Shown: positions 40,570 through 49,997 of the stretch, one piece after another | Layout: every line of letters begins with the position of its first letter | Position numbering within the stretch: position 1 is the stretch's first letter | Source of the DNA: Roseibacillus sp. | GTDB lineage: Bacteria > Verrucomicrobiota > Verrucomicrobiia > Verrucomicrobiales > Akkermansiaceae | Length of the DNA: 64,000 nucleotides | Reading direction: 5' to 3' | Assembly: GCA_965242925.1 (NCBI GenBank) | Contig: CBDEUM010000033.1 | Coordinates: forward strand, 1-64,000 | Translations under genes and position numbers: made by a program | The notes under the pieces: generated by a model | The model's input: the letters and a program-made list of their open reading frames with translations, nothing else | Told to the model about the DNA's origin: nothing | Databases searched by the model: none

Positions 40570-41349
40570 CTAACCTTCCTTCAAATCTCCGTCGCGGATA
40601 TATTGCAGCACTTCATAGAACCGCTCAACCGCCTTCTCCAGATCATTAGTTCGTTCCCGGGCCTTGAGCTTCTCCGCTTTCTCAGGATCATTCTCGAGCA
40701 TCTGCCTTGCATCCTCCTCAACTTCCCGCGCGCGATTCAGATCAAATGCCGGGTTCAGCACGTGGAGGTTCTCATCAATAAAGACCAGGGTGGAACGAAA
40801 GCGCTGCCTGGGACCGCCCGGGGATGGAATGGACTCCTGGAACTCCACGCGGATCTTATGGCGAATGTAACCCCGCGCGGCCTCTTCTTCAGCCTGCACG
40901 AAGAACCAGCGCTCATCATTGGCGACGTCAAGCTTCTCGAGAACGGCCTTCAGTTGCTCCAGGTCGTCGTTCCCGGGATCAATCGTGATTCCAAGGAAGC
41001 GGAGCCTGTCGTCATCGGGAAATTTCTGCGCCATCTCCTTCATCATCTCGAGCGCCTGCTCCATCCGGTCCTCCTCCCTGAGGGAAAGCGGCGTGAAAAC
41101 GGTAAGCTTGCCCTGCAGTTGTTCGGTGGTGAAGGCCCTGTTGTTCTGGTCCCGCCCAAAAAAAACCTCGGTCAAACGCTGCACCACGTGCGGCCGGGTG
41201 TCCTGTTCATCTGCCCGGTACTTGATCCTGTATGCAACCGTTACGAGGATGCCGCCAATCAGCATGATAACCGTAATCGCCAACCCGGTCTTTCGTAATT
41301 GCACAGGGTCCCGCTCGGCGGGTTCCAGGTGACCGATGTTTCTTGCCAC
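40570..41349 (-). CDS. SCO-like thioredoxin-fold protein lacking the Cys motif
   Basis: DQNNRAF...LQGK, GITIDPGND, WFFV, LVFID; the translated ORF has no Cys. Confidence 0.65.
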   Translation of the reverse strand: MARNIGHLEPAERDPVQLRKTGLAITVIMLIGGILVTVAYRIKYRADEQDTRPHVVQRLTEVFFGRDQNNRAFTTEQLQGKLTVFTPLSLREEDRMEQALEMMKEMAQKFPDDDRLRFLGITIDPGNDDLEQLKAVLEKLDVANDERWFFVQAEEEAARGYIRHKIRVEFQESIPSPGGPRQRFRSTLVFIDENLHVLNPAFDLNRAREVEEDARQMLENDPEKAEKLKARERTNDLEKAVERFYEVLQYIRDGDLKEG

Positions 41350-41451
41350 TGCGGTGGGAACGTAGGACAGGAAAGGGAGATTGGAAGGGGAAACTCCCGG
41401 AACCTTTGTTGGGATCCCGGGCCAGCGTGATCGCCCGATTTCCCTGTAATC

Positions 41452-42375
41452 TCACTTCCAATCGATCGCAAGCACGGTAAGAACCACCGGCAGGTAGAGC
41501 AGGGTCAGCAGGAAGAATTTTCGGAAGGCCGGTCGTTCCCCGGACAGGGCAAATCTCACTGCCAACCAGGCCAGCAGGAGGCCGGCTGCCAGCCCCACCA
41601 CTCCAAAAATCCAACCTGTGAATCCAACCAGGAATCCGGCCAGGGCCAACCCTCCCAGCACCACGGAAAAGACCCCGGCCAACAACCCGGAGCGCCTGCC
41701 GGACTCATCCCCGTCAGACCACATCCGGAAACCCGCCTCCTCATACTGCTCCCGACAGAGCCAGTTGATCGAGACGAAGTGCGGGAGCTGCCACAGGAAC
41801 AAAAGCGCAAAGAGAAACCACCCGCGGGGGTCCTCCATCCCTCCCCCGCCCCCGACCCAGCCGATCAGTGGAGGCAGGGCACCGGGCACCGCCCCAACCA
41901 GGGTGTTGATCGAACTGCGTCTCTTCAGGGGCGTGTAAATGAAGACATAGGTTGCAATGGTGATTGCCACCAGCAGGGCAGCCCCACGGCCGACCATCAC
42001 TTCCAGATGGATAATTCCAAAGCCGCAGAGAACCCATCCGAGCAGGAAGGCCCCCGTCGGAAGAACACGCTCCGAGGGCAGGGGCCGATCCGCAGTCCGC
42101 CGCATCCGGGCATCCTCCTTGATCTCCATCAACTGGTTGAACACCGCCGATCCAAAGGCCGCGGAGGCCGTTCCCAGCAGGGTATGGAAGAGGAGCAGGA
42201 ACCGGCTCACATCCCAGTCCCCTGCCCCGCTGAGGGTCGCGACCAGAAACCCGAAAAAGGTCGTCAACAACACAAACGTGTTGAGGCGCAGCTTGATCAG
42301 GGTGGCGAGATCCTCCCGCAGACTCGGGCTAGCCCCGGCAGCATTGGATTCCGAATCGCCCACTTCGTCTGTCAC
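41452..42375 (-). CDS. cyoE: Protoheme IX farnesyltransferase (heme O synthase)
   Basis: FNQLME...DARMRRTADRPLP, YTPLKR, GAVPGALPPLIGW, FLWQLPHF. GTG 42375 chosen as start to avoid overlapping the divergent gene. Confidence 0.93.
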   Translation of the reverse strand: MTDEVGDSESNAAGASPSLREDLATLIKLRLNTFVLLTTFFGFLVATLSGAGDWDVSRFLLLFHTLLGTASAAFGSAVFNQLMEIKEDARMRRTADRPLPSERVLPTGAFLLGWVLCGFGIIHLEVMVGRGAALLVAITIATYVFIYTPLKRRSSINTLVGAVPGALPPLIGWVGGGGGMEDPRGWFLFALLFLWQLPHFVSINWLCREQYEEAGFRMWSDGDESGRRSGLLAGVFSVVLGGLALAGFLVGFTGWIFGVVGLAAGLLLAWLAVRFALSGERPAFRKFFLLTLLYLPVVLTVLAIDWK

Positions 42376-42480
42376 GCTTCTTGAGTATGACCCCAACAGC
42401 TTGCCTCCGCAATCCCGGGGGGCGAAAGATCTCCCAGAAAATCCTGCCAATTCCCTCCCCCTCCAGCTTACATCCGCTCC

Positions 42481-43302
42481 ATGAAGTTCGCCATTTGCAA
42501 CGAGACCTTTCAGGACCGCAGCTTTTTCGAGCAATGCCAGTCAGCGGAGGCCGCCGGCTACACCGGGATGGAGATCGCCCCCTTCACTCTGGCCGATGAC
42601 ATTTCCCTCATTTCTGAGCAGGACATAGCCGACTACCGGACAGCCGCATCTGATCACGGCCTTGAGATCGTGGGACTTCACTGGCTCCTGGCCAAGACTG
42701 AGGGCTACCACCTCACCAGTCCCGACGATTCCGTCCGGGTCGCCACCATCGACTATGCCCGGCAACTCGCCGACCTCTGCGCAGCCCTCGGAGGTAAAAT
42801 CATGGTCTGGGGCAGCCCGCAGCAACGCTCGCTTGAGGACGGGTGGGACTACGGGGAGTGCGTGGAGCGGGCGGTGGAGATCCTCCAACCGGCTGCCGAA
42901 CACTGTGGAGACCTCGGGATCACCATCGCAATGGAACCCCTCGCCTCCACTGAGACAAACTTTCTCAATACCGCTGAGGAAACGGCAGCCCTCCTCGACA
43001 TTGTCGATCACCCGAACCTCCAGCTCCACCTCGACGTCAAGGCCATGAGCTCCGAGAAAAAGGGCCTGGGGGATCTTGTCCGGGATAATGCCTCCCGCAT
43101 CGTTCATTACCACGCCAACGATCCCAACCTCCTCGGCCCGGGCATGGGTGAAGTCGACCACGCCCCCGCGGCCCTGGCCCTGCACGAGATTGCCTATCAG
43201 GGCTGGATCTCGGTGGAGGTGTTCAAATACGAGCCTTCTCCCGATGAAATCGCCCGGCAAAGCATGGAATACCTGCAAAGGGTGTATCTCCCGGGCAGCT
43301 GA
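42481..43302 (+). CDS. Sugar phosphate isomerase/epimerase (xylose isomerase-like TIM barrel)
   Basis: GYTGMEIAP, AMEPL...ETNF, HLDVKAM, HYHAND, ISVEVF. Confidence 0.87.
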   Translation: MKFAICNETFQDRSFFEQCQSAEAAGYTGMEIAPFTLADDISLISEQDIADYRTAASDHGLEIVGLHWLLAKTEGYHLTSPDDSVRVATIDYARQLADLCAALGGKIMVWGSPQQRSLEDGWDYGECVERAVEILQPAAEHCGDLGITIAMEPLASTETNFLNTAEETAALLDIVDHPNLQLHLDVKAMSSEKKGLGDLVRDNASRIVHYHANDPNLLGPGMGEVDHAPAALALHEIAYQGWISVEVFKYEPSPDEIARQSMEYLQRVYLPGS

Positions 43303-43400
43303 CCCCCCGGAGGACCGCGAACGGCACTTCGTCCTGCCCGCGGGCTGAATTTCCTCTTTGCCGCCCCTGTCGCTTCCCGGTTAGGCTTCTCCGAAACACC

Positions 43401-45098
43401 ATGAGCAGCAACGACGATCAACTCAACCGCGAGATCGAAATCCTCGAGTCGGTAGCCGACAAGGGCCCCCTCAAAAAGGCCAGGGCCTACACCAAGCTCT
43501 CCGGACCAGGTTGGCTGCAGGGCGCCATCACCCTCGGGGGCGGCTCTCTCGCCGGCGCTCTCTACCTGGGAACGATTTCCGGCTACAAGCTCATGTGGCT
43601 TCAGCCTCTGGCGATGGTCTGTGGAATCATCATGCTGAGCGCAATCGCCTACGTGACCCTCTCCACGGGGCAGCGACCCTTTGGCGCCATCAACAAGGGA
43701 CTCTCGCCCCTGCTGGGGTGGTCGTGGCTCATTGCTACGATCATGGCGAATATCGTGTGGTGCATGCCACAGTTCAACCTCGGTCGCGCAGCCATCCAGC
43801 AGAATCTCGTTCCTGCCGTCGGCGATGGGACTGGGTCCACTCTTATCATCTGCCTTGTCCTTCTGGGTCTGGCCTTCGCAATCAACTGCGCCTACGAAAG
43901 CGGAAGCGGCGGATTGCGAAACTTTGAACGTCTCCTAAAGGCGATGGTGGGCGTCATCGTGATCTCCTTCTTCCTGGTAGTGGTCACCCTGACCATGAAG
44001 GGCGCCATCCCATGGGGGCAGATCTTCAGCGGTCTTATCCCCAACTTCTCCTACCTCTTCAACCCTGCCCCCAGTTATGCGGATCTGATCAATTCCTCCA
44101 GCGCTCGGGATTTCTGGACCTCCACTATCGCCAATGGGCAGCGTGACATCATCATCACAGCCTTCGGCACTGCGGTAGGAATCAATATGACCTTCCTCCT
44201 TCCCTACTCCATGATCCGGAAGAGGTGGGGAGAAAAGCACCGCAGCCTGGCCATCTTCGACCTCTCGATTGGCCTCTTTGTTCCCTTCGTCATCGCCACT
44301 GCCTGTGTCGTCATCGCTTCGGCCTCCCAGTTTCACGCCAAGACCAACGATATTCTCATGGACAACGGCCAACCCCGGGAAGAGGTCGCCAAATCCTACT
44401 ACAAGGCCTTTGCCAAGCACCCGGACATCAAGAAACTGCCCAAGGAAAGATCGGACCAGCAAACACATGCCGCCATCGACAAGCTGCCTGAATCCGATCG
44501 CAAGATCGGCGCCATGCTGGTCAAGCGTGACAACTTCCAGCTCGCCACCAGCCTTTCCCCCCTCACTGGAAACACCGTGGCCCAGTTTGTCTTCGGGATC
44601 GGAGTCCTGGGAATGGCCCTTTCCACCATCATCATCCTGATGCTCATCAATGGTTTTGCCTTCCAGGAACTCCTTGGCAAACCGGGAGACAAAAGAGCCT
44701 ACTTCATAGGGTGCGCGGTCTCCGGCATCGCGGGGGCCTCGGGCCCCTTTATCTGGGGCAACGCCGAGGCCAAGGCCGCCCTCGCGATCCCCACCTCCGT
44801 AATTGGCGGATCTCTTATTCCAATCGCCTACTTCACCTTCCTTCTCATGATGAACTCCCGCAGCATCCTGGGTGACAAACTCCCCCGAGGCGGCGCGCGT
44901 ATCGGGTGGAACGTTCTCATGATCGGCGCGACTGGAATCGCAACCTTCGGATCCGTCTGGGTGCTCCTGGGCAAATCGAAGGCAGAGGGTTTTGCGGGAC
45001 AGGCTGCTACCGGCGGACTCATTTTCCTCCTCGTCCTCTTCATCATCGGAATCATCAGCTTCATCCAGAAGGAACAGAAGGCCTCCCACAGCAACTAG
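43401..45098 (+). CDS. NRAMP-like (APC superfamily) transporter
   Basis: SGPGWLQGAITLGGGS, about 11 TM segments, GTAVGINMTF, STIIILM. Confidence 0.75.
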   Translation: MSSNDDQLNREIEILESVADKGPLKKARAYTKLSGPGWLQGAITLGGGSLAGALYLGTISGYKLMWLQPLAMVCGIIMLSAIAYVTLSTGQRPFGAINKGLSPLLGWSWLIATIMANIVWCMPQFNLGRAAIQQNLVPAVGDGTGSTLIICLVLLGLAFAINCAYESGSGGLRNFERLLKAMVGVIVISFFLVVVTLTMKGAIPWGQIFSGLIPNFSYLFNPAPSYADLINSSSARDFWTSTIANGQRDIIITAFGTAVGINMTFLLPYSMIRKRWGEKHRSLAIFDLSIGLFVPFVIATACVVIASASQFHAKTNDILMDNGQPREEVAKSYYKAFAKHPDIKKLPKERSDQQTHAAIDKLPESDRKIGAMLVKRDNFQLATSLSPLTGNTVAQFVFGIGVLGMALSTIIILMLINGFAFQELLGKPGDKRAYFIGCAVSGIAGASGPFIWGNAEAKAALAIPTSVIGGSLIPIAYFTFLLMMNSRSILGDKLPRGGARIGWNVLMIGATGIATFGSVWVLLGKSKAEGFAGQAATGGLIFLLVLFIIGIISFIQKEQKASHSN

Positions 45099-45129
45099 GC
45101 GTTCACTTCATTCATCGCGAATTCAACTC

Positions 45130-46176
45130 ATGAAATTCGGAATTATCGGGGCCGGCATGATCGGCCAGTTCCATGGCAAGGCCATCGAGGCCATGGATGG
45201 CGGGAAACTCCACTCCGTCTTCGACCTCCGGGCCGAAGCCGCGGAGACCCTCGCGGAACAATTCGGCGCGAAGGCTTTCAGCGACCTCGCACAGTTCCTT
45301 GCCGACGAAGAACTGCAGGTCGTCACGGTGGGCACACCCTCCGGCGCCCACCTTGATCCATCCATGGCCGCGCTGCAGGCCGGCAAGCACGTCATCTGCG
45401 AAAAACCCCTCGAAGTCACTCCCGAGCGTATCGACCTCATGACGGAGGCGGCTGCGGACAACCAGGTCACTCTCGCCGCGGTCCTCAACCGCCGCTTCCA
45501 CCCCGCCATGGATGCCTTCAAGGCCGCTGCCGATGCGGGACGGTTCGGCACCCTCACCTCCGCCTCGGCCTACGTGAAGTGGCACCGTGACCAGTCCTAT
45601 TACGATTCCGCGGCCTGGCGCGGCACCTGGAAACTCGACGGCGGGGGCGCCCTCATGAACCAGTCGATCCATACCATCGACGCCCTCCTCTACCTCGCCG
45701 GACCAGCGGTGAGCGTCCAGGCCAACACCGCCTGCCTGACCCACACCGATATTGAGGTCGAGGACACCGCGGTCGCCATTGTGGAATTCGCCAATGGAGC
45801 CCGGGGCGTAATCGAGGGCTCCACCTCAAACTGGTCCCGGGACGGTCACCCTGCCCGGGTGCAGCTGTGCGGTAACCGCGGCAGTGTCTTTTTGGCTGAT
45901 GAAGCCTTCGAGATCTGGGATTTCCAGGACGAGGAACCAGGCGATGCCGAAATACATCAAACGATGATGAAAGGCTCGGAGGCCGGCCTCGGGGCCAACG
46001 ACCCCAAGGCCATCAACTTCGACGGCCACCGAAAAAACTTCGAGGAAGTGGTCACTGCCATTGCCGAGGGACGTGAATCCAGCGTCAACCCCCTCGAGGC
46101 CCGTAAGGCTGTCTCCCTCATCTGCGCCATCTACGAAAGCGCACAGGATGACGGGAGGAAAGTCACCCTCACCTGA
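45130..46176 (+). CDS. Gfo/Idh/MocA family oxidoreductase
   Basis: MKFGIIGAGMIG, GTPSGAH, GKHVICEKP, DGGGALMNQSIH. Confidence 0.92.
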   Translation: MKFGIIGAGMIGQFHGKAIEAMDGGKLHSVFDLRAEAAETLAEQFGAKAFSDLAQFLADEELQVVTVGTPSGAHLDPSMAALQAGKHVICEKPLEVTPERIDLMTEAAADNQVTLAAVLNRRFHPAMDAFKAAADAGRFGTLTSASAYVKWHRDQSYYDSAAWRGTWKLDGGGALMNQSIHTIDALLYLAGPAVSVQANTACLTHTDIEVEDTAVAIVEFANGARGVIEGSTSNWSRDGHPARVQLCGNRGSVFLADEAFEIWDFQDEEPGDAEIHQTMMKGSEAGLGANDPKAINFDGHRKNFEEVVTAIAEGRESSVNPLEARKAVSLICAIYESAQDDGRKVTLT

Positions 46177-46202
46177 CCGCACGCTTCGCCATTCCGGCCC
46201 TG

Positions 46203-46754
46203 CTACTTTGCCTCTTTTGCGAACTCCCTCACCTTCTTCTGGCTCTCCGCGTCGAGATTTCCGATGGGGTACTTGTAGATCTTGCCGTTGGCCAGCCTGA
46301 GGACGGCCTTCTCGCCTTCCACCCGGAGCAGGGCTGCCTTGATCTTCTTGCCGGCCTGGTTCGTCCACACGCCTTCCAAGGGTTCCTTGCCAGCTGGAAC
46401 CGGTTCGTGATCGCCGAGTTCGGCGCCCTGGGTGATCCACAGTTTGAGAATATTCACCTCCCTCTCACTCAGGCGTGACCCCTTGGGGGGCATGCGGTTA
46501 TCCGGATCGTCCGACTGGATCATCTTCATGAGAAGTCCCCCGTTGGGCTTGCCCGGCACAATCTGCAACCCGGATCCGATGTGCCGCTTGATCTTGTGCG
46601 GTTCAAGATTGAGATCTCCCTTCTCCTTCCCCTCCTTATGACATTTGAGACAGTTGCTTTTCAGGATCGGCAGAACGTCCTTCTCGAACTCCACCGCCGA
46701 GACGGGAAAAGCGCAGGCGAGAAGGATAAGAACCCCGGGCAGAGGTATTTTCAC
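46203..46754 (-). CDS. Planctomycete cytochrome c domain plus SHD1 domain protein
   Basis: FEKDVLPILKSNCLKCH...RMPP...WITQGA; WTNQAGKKIKA...LDAESQ. Confidence 0.85.
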   Translation of the reverse strand: MKIPLPGVLILLACAFPVSAVEFEKDVLPILKSNCLKCHKEGKEKGDLNLEPHKIKRHIGSGLQIVPGKPNGGLLMKMIQSDDPDNRMPPKGSRLSEREVNILKLWITQGAELGDHEPVPAGKEPLEGVWTNQAGKKIKAALLRVEGEKAVLRLANGKIYKYPIGNLDAESQKKVREFAKEAK

Positions 46755-46900
46755 AGGGTCATTCTGGCCTCATTCTGACCAAAGCTCCAGCCTCGACTGA
46801 TTCCAAGGGGGGGCAGTCCCCCGGGCCATACGAACAAACTGTATAGTAGACCGCATCTCACTCTTGCCAGCCTGCAACAATTGCTCTTTCCTTTCCCAAC

Positions 46901-47791
46901 ATGTATCTGACCGGTTTCGCCGACGAAGCAGCCCAGGACCTCGCCACCCAGATCAAAGCCACCAAGGAGATCGGATGGAATGCCATCTCTGCCCGCTCAA
47001 TCGATGGGACCAGCATCCACGACCTCTCCGAGAAGGATTTCAACAAGGCGCTTAAGCTACTCGAAAAGGAGGAGATCCGCATCCCCGAGATTGGTTCCCT
47101 TATTGGCAACTGGGGAAAGAAGATCACCGATGATTTCGATGTCACTCTTGGCGAAATCGAGCGCGCCATTCCCCGGATGAAGCACCTGGGAACGAAAATC
47201 ATCCGCATCATGTCCTACGCCCAGGAACGCTGGGGAGAGGAGCAGCACGAGGAAGAACGCTTCAAGCGCCTTCGCGTCATCCAGCAGCGCTTCGCCGATG
47301 AGGGTCTCATTGTGGCGCATGAAAACTGTGGCAACTGGGGAGGATTTTCCGCCTGGCACTCCCTGCGCCTGATCGAGGAAGTTCCCGGTCTCAAACTTAT
47401 ATTCGATACCGGTAACCCCATCTTCCAGCGCGACCGCTCCAAGTCCGAACCTCACCCGTTCCAGGACGCCCTCGGTTTCTACAACGATGTGAAGGATCAC
47501 GTGATCCATATTCATATCAAGGACTGCCGTTACCCCAGCGTGGGAGAGGATCAACCCGATTACACCATGCCGGGGGAAGGCGACTGTCACCTCCAGCACA
47601 TCCTGCGTGACCTCAAGGCCCGGCGCTACGATGGCGGCTTTGCCATCGAACCCCACGTCGCTACCGTCTTCCACGTGGAGGATGGCAAGTCCCCCGATTG
47701 GGAGCAGTGCTACAAGAGCTACGTGGAATATGGGAACCGCGTGGAGGACCTCCTCGAAGAGATCGGCTGGAAATCCCAGCCCTTCGAGTAA
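46901..47791 (+). CDS. Sugar phosphate isomerase/epimerase (TIM barrel)
   Basis: LTGFADE, AHEN, IFDTGN, HIHIKD, FAIEPH. Confidence 0.87.
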   Translation: MYLTGFADEAAQDLATQIKATKEIGWNAISARSIDGTSIHDLSEKDFNKALKLLEKEEIRIPEIGSLIGNWGKKITDDFDVTLGEIERAIPRMKHLGTKIIRIMSYAQERWGEEQHEEERFKRLRVIQQRFADEGLIVAHENCGNWGGFSAWHSLRLIEEVPGLKLIFDTGNPIFQRDRSKSEPHPFQDALGFYNDVKDHVIHIHIKDCRYPSVGEDQPDYTMPGEGDCHLQHILRDLKARRYDGGFAIEPHVATVFHVEDGKSPDWEQCYKSYVEYGNRVEDLLEEIGWKSQPFE

Positions 47792-47930
47792 TTGCCGCCC
47801 GCCCGTTATTTCCGGGACAACCACTGCAGACGAAGAGATCCGGAGCAGGCTCCTCTCCGGATTGCCGTCCCGACTGCCCGCTTCTGAAATAATCGTTTCG
47901 ACCATCCTGGTTCCCGCTTAACCTGCCCCT

Positions 47931-48941
47931 GTGCTTCCGTGGTTCCAGAATGGCGCCTTTCCCCTCTATCTCGCACCGATGGCGGGAGTGACCGATGTGG
48001 TCTTCCGCAGCATCTGCAAGAGCCTTGGAGCGGACGTGATGGTGACCGAATTTGTCTCCAGCGAGGGCATTATCCGCCAGGACGAGCGCACCCGGAAATA
48101 CACCGAGTTCACCGATGATCAACGCCCGGTAGGCGTCCAACTCTTCGGCGCCGACGGGAAACGCATGGGAGAGGCCGCCCGCAAGATCATAGACTGGAAG
48201 CAACCCGATTTCATCGATATCAACTTCGGCTGCCCCGTTAAAAAGGTGGTGTCCCGGAACGGCGGCTCCTCTCTCCTGAAAGACTGCTCCGTGCTTGCCT
48301 CGGTGGCCAGCGAAGTAGCCCGGGCGGTAGGAGAGCAGGTCCCCGTCACCGCCAAGATCCGCATCGGTTGGGACGACCAGTCCATCAACGCCCCGGAAGT
48401 CTGCGCCATCCTTGAGAACTGCGGAATGCAGGCCATCTCTGTCCATGGGCGCACACGATCCCAGGGTTACGGCGGCGAGGCCAACTGGGAAGTCATCGAC
48501 GAATGCTCCCGCAGTGTCACCATTCCCGTGATCGGCAATGGTGACCTCCACTCCGGCCAGGATATCAGGAAACGTCGTGAGTCCACCGGAGTCTCCGGTG
48601 TCATGATCGGTCGCTCCGCCATGCAGAACCCGTGGATCTTCCGGGAGGCCAGGCACTATCTTCAAACCGGCGAGCAATTGCCCCCCGCACCCATCGCAGA
48701 GCGCTGGCAACTCATCGTGAGTCACTGCCGCCTCGCCATCGCCAGCAACCGCTACGGCAACGAACGCCAGTCCATGCTGGCCATGCGCTCCCGCCTCATG
48801 ACCTACTGCAAGGGCTTCCCGGGAGCCCGGCTTCTCCGCCGCCGCCTCTCGACCGTCGCCTCCCTCATGGAAATTGAGGAGATAGCGGCCGAACATATGG
48901 AACACCTCCACACGTGCTCCGGCGAACCAGCAGCAATCTGA
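47931..48941 (+). CDS. dusB: tRNA-dihydrouridine synthase B
   Basis: LAPMAGVTD, DINFGCP, KIRIGW, VHGRT, IGNGD, VMIGR. Confidence 0.92.
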   Translation: MLPWFQNGAFPLYLAPMAGVTDVVFRSICKSLGADVMVTEFVSSEGIIRQDERTRKYTEFTDDQRPVGVQLFGADGKRMGEAARKIIDWKQPDFIDINFGCPVKKVVSRNGGSSLLKDCSVLASVASEVARAVGEQVPVTAKIRIGWDDQSINAPEVCAILENCGMQAISVHGRTRSQGYGGEANWEVIDECSRSVTIPVIGNGDLHSGQDIRKRRESTGVSGVMIGRSAMQNPWIFREARHYLQTGEQLPPAPIAERWQLIVSHCRLAIASNRYGNERQSMLAMRSRLMTYCKGFPGARLLRRRLSTVASLMEIEEIAAEHMEHLHTCSGEPAAI

Positions 48942-49241
48942 CGGCACCCTGCCCTCGGCAGACCACCCCGCTTCCTTCCTCCACCCCTTACCAGCAATCC
49001 TCCTCCTGCAAGGCAATGACAACGAATCGCTGGGCCGCGATGTGGGAGAAAGGGCTCACTCGGGGAAGTTCCTGAATCGCTGGGCGCTCCAAATTGCCTT
49101 TCCTTTTGTAATGGTGCAGGAGGAGAGCACCGTTAAATTCTGCCCTGTAGCATCATGATTGAATCTCTTTCAGGCAATTTGGCGGCGCTTGCCCCACGCG
49201 GGGTAGTTCTCGTGCTCGCCACGATCGCCTAGTATGCAGTT

Positions 49242-49742
49242 ATGGAATCTCACGAAGTCCTCAAGCAATCCTTTGATAACGCAAGCCCGAAGGCGGTTGC
49301 GGCCGAACTGGGGGTGTCGCTGTCCCTCGTATACAAGTGGGCCCAGAAGCAGTCGGATACCGGTAGCGGGAGCCGCAATCCCCTCGACCGCCTCCTCGAA
49401 ATCATCCGTCTGACCGGGGACACCCGCATCGTGGAGTGGCTTTGCCAGAAATGTGATGGCTACTTCGTGCACAATCCCGACAGCCCTTCCGGGGACGGGG
49501 TCGACGTCCTCCCCGCCACCAGCGAAATTGTTGATCAGTTCTCCAGGCTGCTCCGCCACATCTCTGAATCCGCTCTCGACCATTCCATCACCTCCGATGA
49601 AGCGCAATCCATCCGGGACAGCTGGGACAAGCTCAAGTGCTATGCGGAGGGCTTCGTCCGCTGCTGCGAGGAGGGTGACTTCGATTCCATTGAGAAAGCG
49701 GAGAAAGCCGAGAAACCCAGGATCCGAAAGACGCTCTACTAA
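49242..49742 (+). CDS. Phage regulatory CII-like HTH protein
   Basis: KAVAAELGVSLSLVYKW HTH, NPLDR, DHSITSDEA..IR..W. Confidence 0.7.
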   Translation: MESHEVLKQSFDNASPKAVAAELGVSLSLVYKWAQKQSDTGSGSRNPLDRLLEIIRLTGDTRIVEWLCQKCDGYFVHNPDSPSGDGVDVLPATSEIVDQFSRLLRHISESALDHSITSDEAQSIRDSWDKLKCYAEGFVRCCEEGDFDSIEKAEKAEKPRIRKTLY

Positions 49743-49833
49743 ACTGCCCTGCCCGGCAAACGGATCCCTGGTGCGGGGTTCGGGTGTTACTTTGCTTCCC
49801 CTGCTTCCCGACCTGTGGTAGGCCTCGGAAATC

Positions 49834-49992
49834 ATGAAAACGCTCCAGGCCCTTCTTGCTGCATGCGCCTTATCAGCCCTCCCCCTCTACGCAGCCGATG
49901 ACAGCGACCTAACCTACGCCACGGCGGCCGGCGAGGTCGGCAACCCCGATTTGGCAACCACCGAAGCTCTAGGGCAGATAACCGGAGAATAA
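49834..49992 (+). CDS. Small secreted peptide or truncated gene remnant (52 aa)
   Basis: MKTLQALLAACALSALPLYA-ADDSDLTYATAAGEVGNPDLATTEALGQITGE*; ends 5 nt before the next start. Confidence 0.45.
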   Translation: MKTLQALLAACALSALPLYAADDSDLTYATAAGEVGNPDLATTEALGQITGE

Positions 49993-49997
49993 AGGCG

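Noticed and set aside
49242..49742. Prophage suggested by the CII-like gene
   Set aside because: No other phage genes, integrase or att sites nearby.
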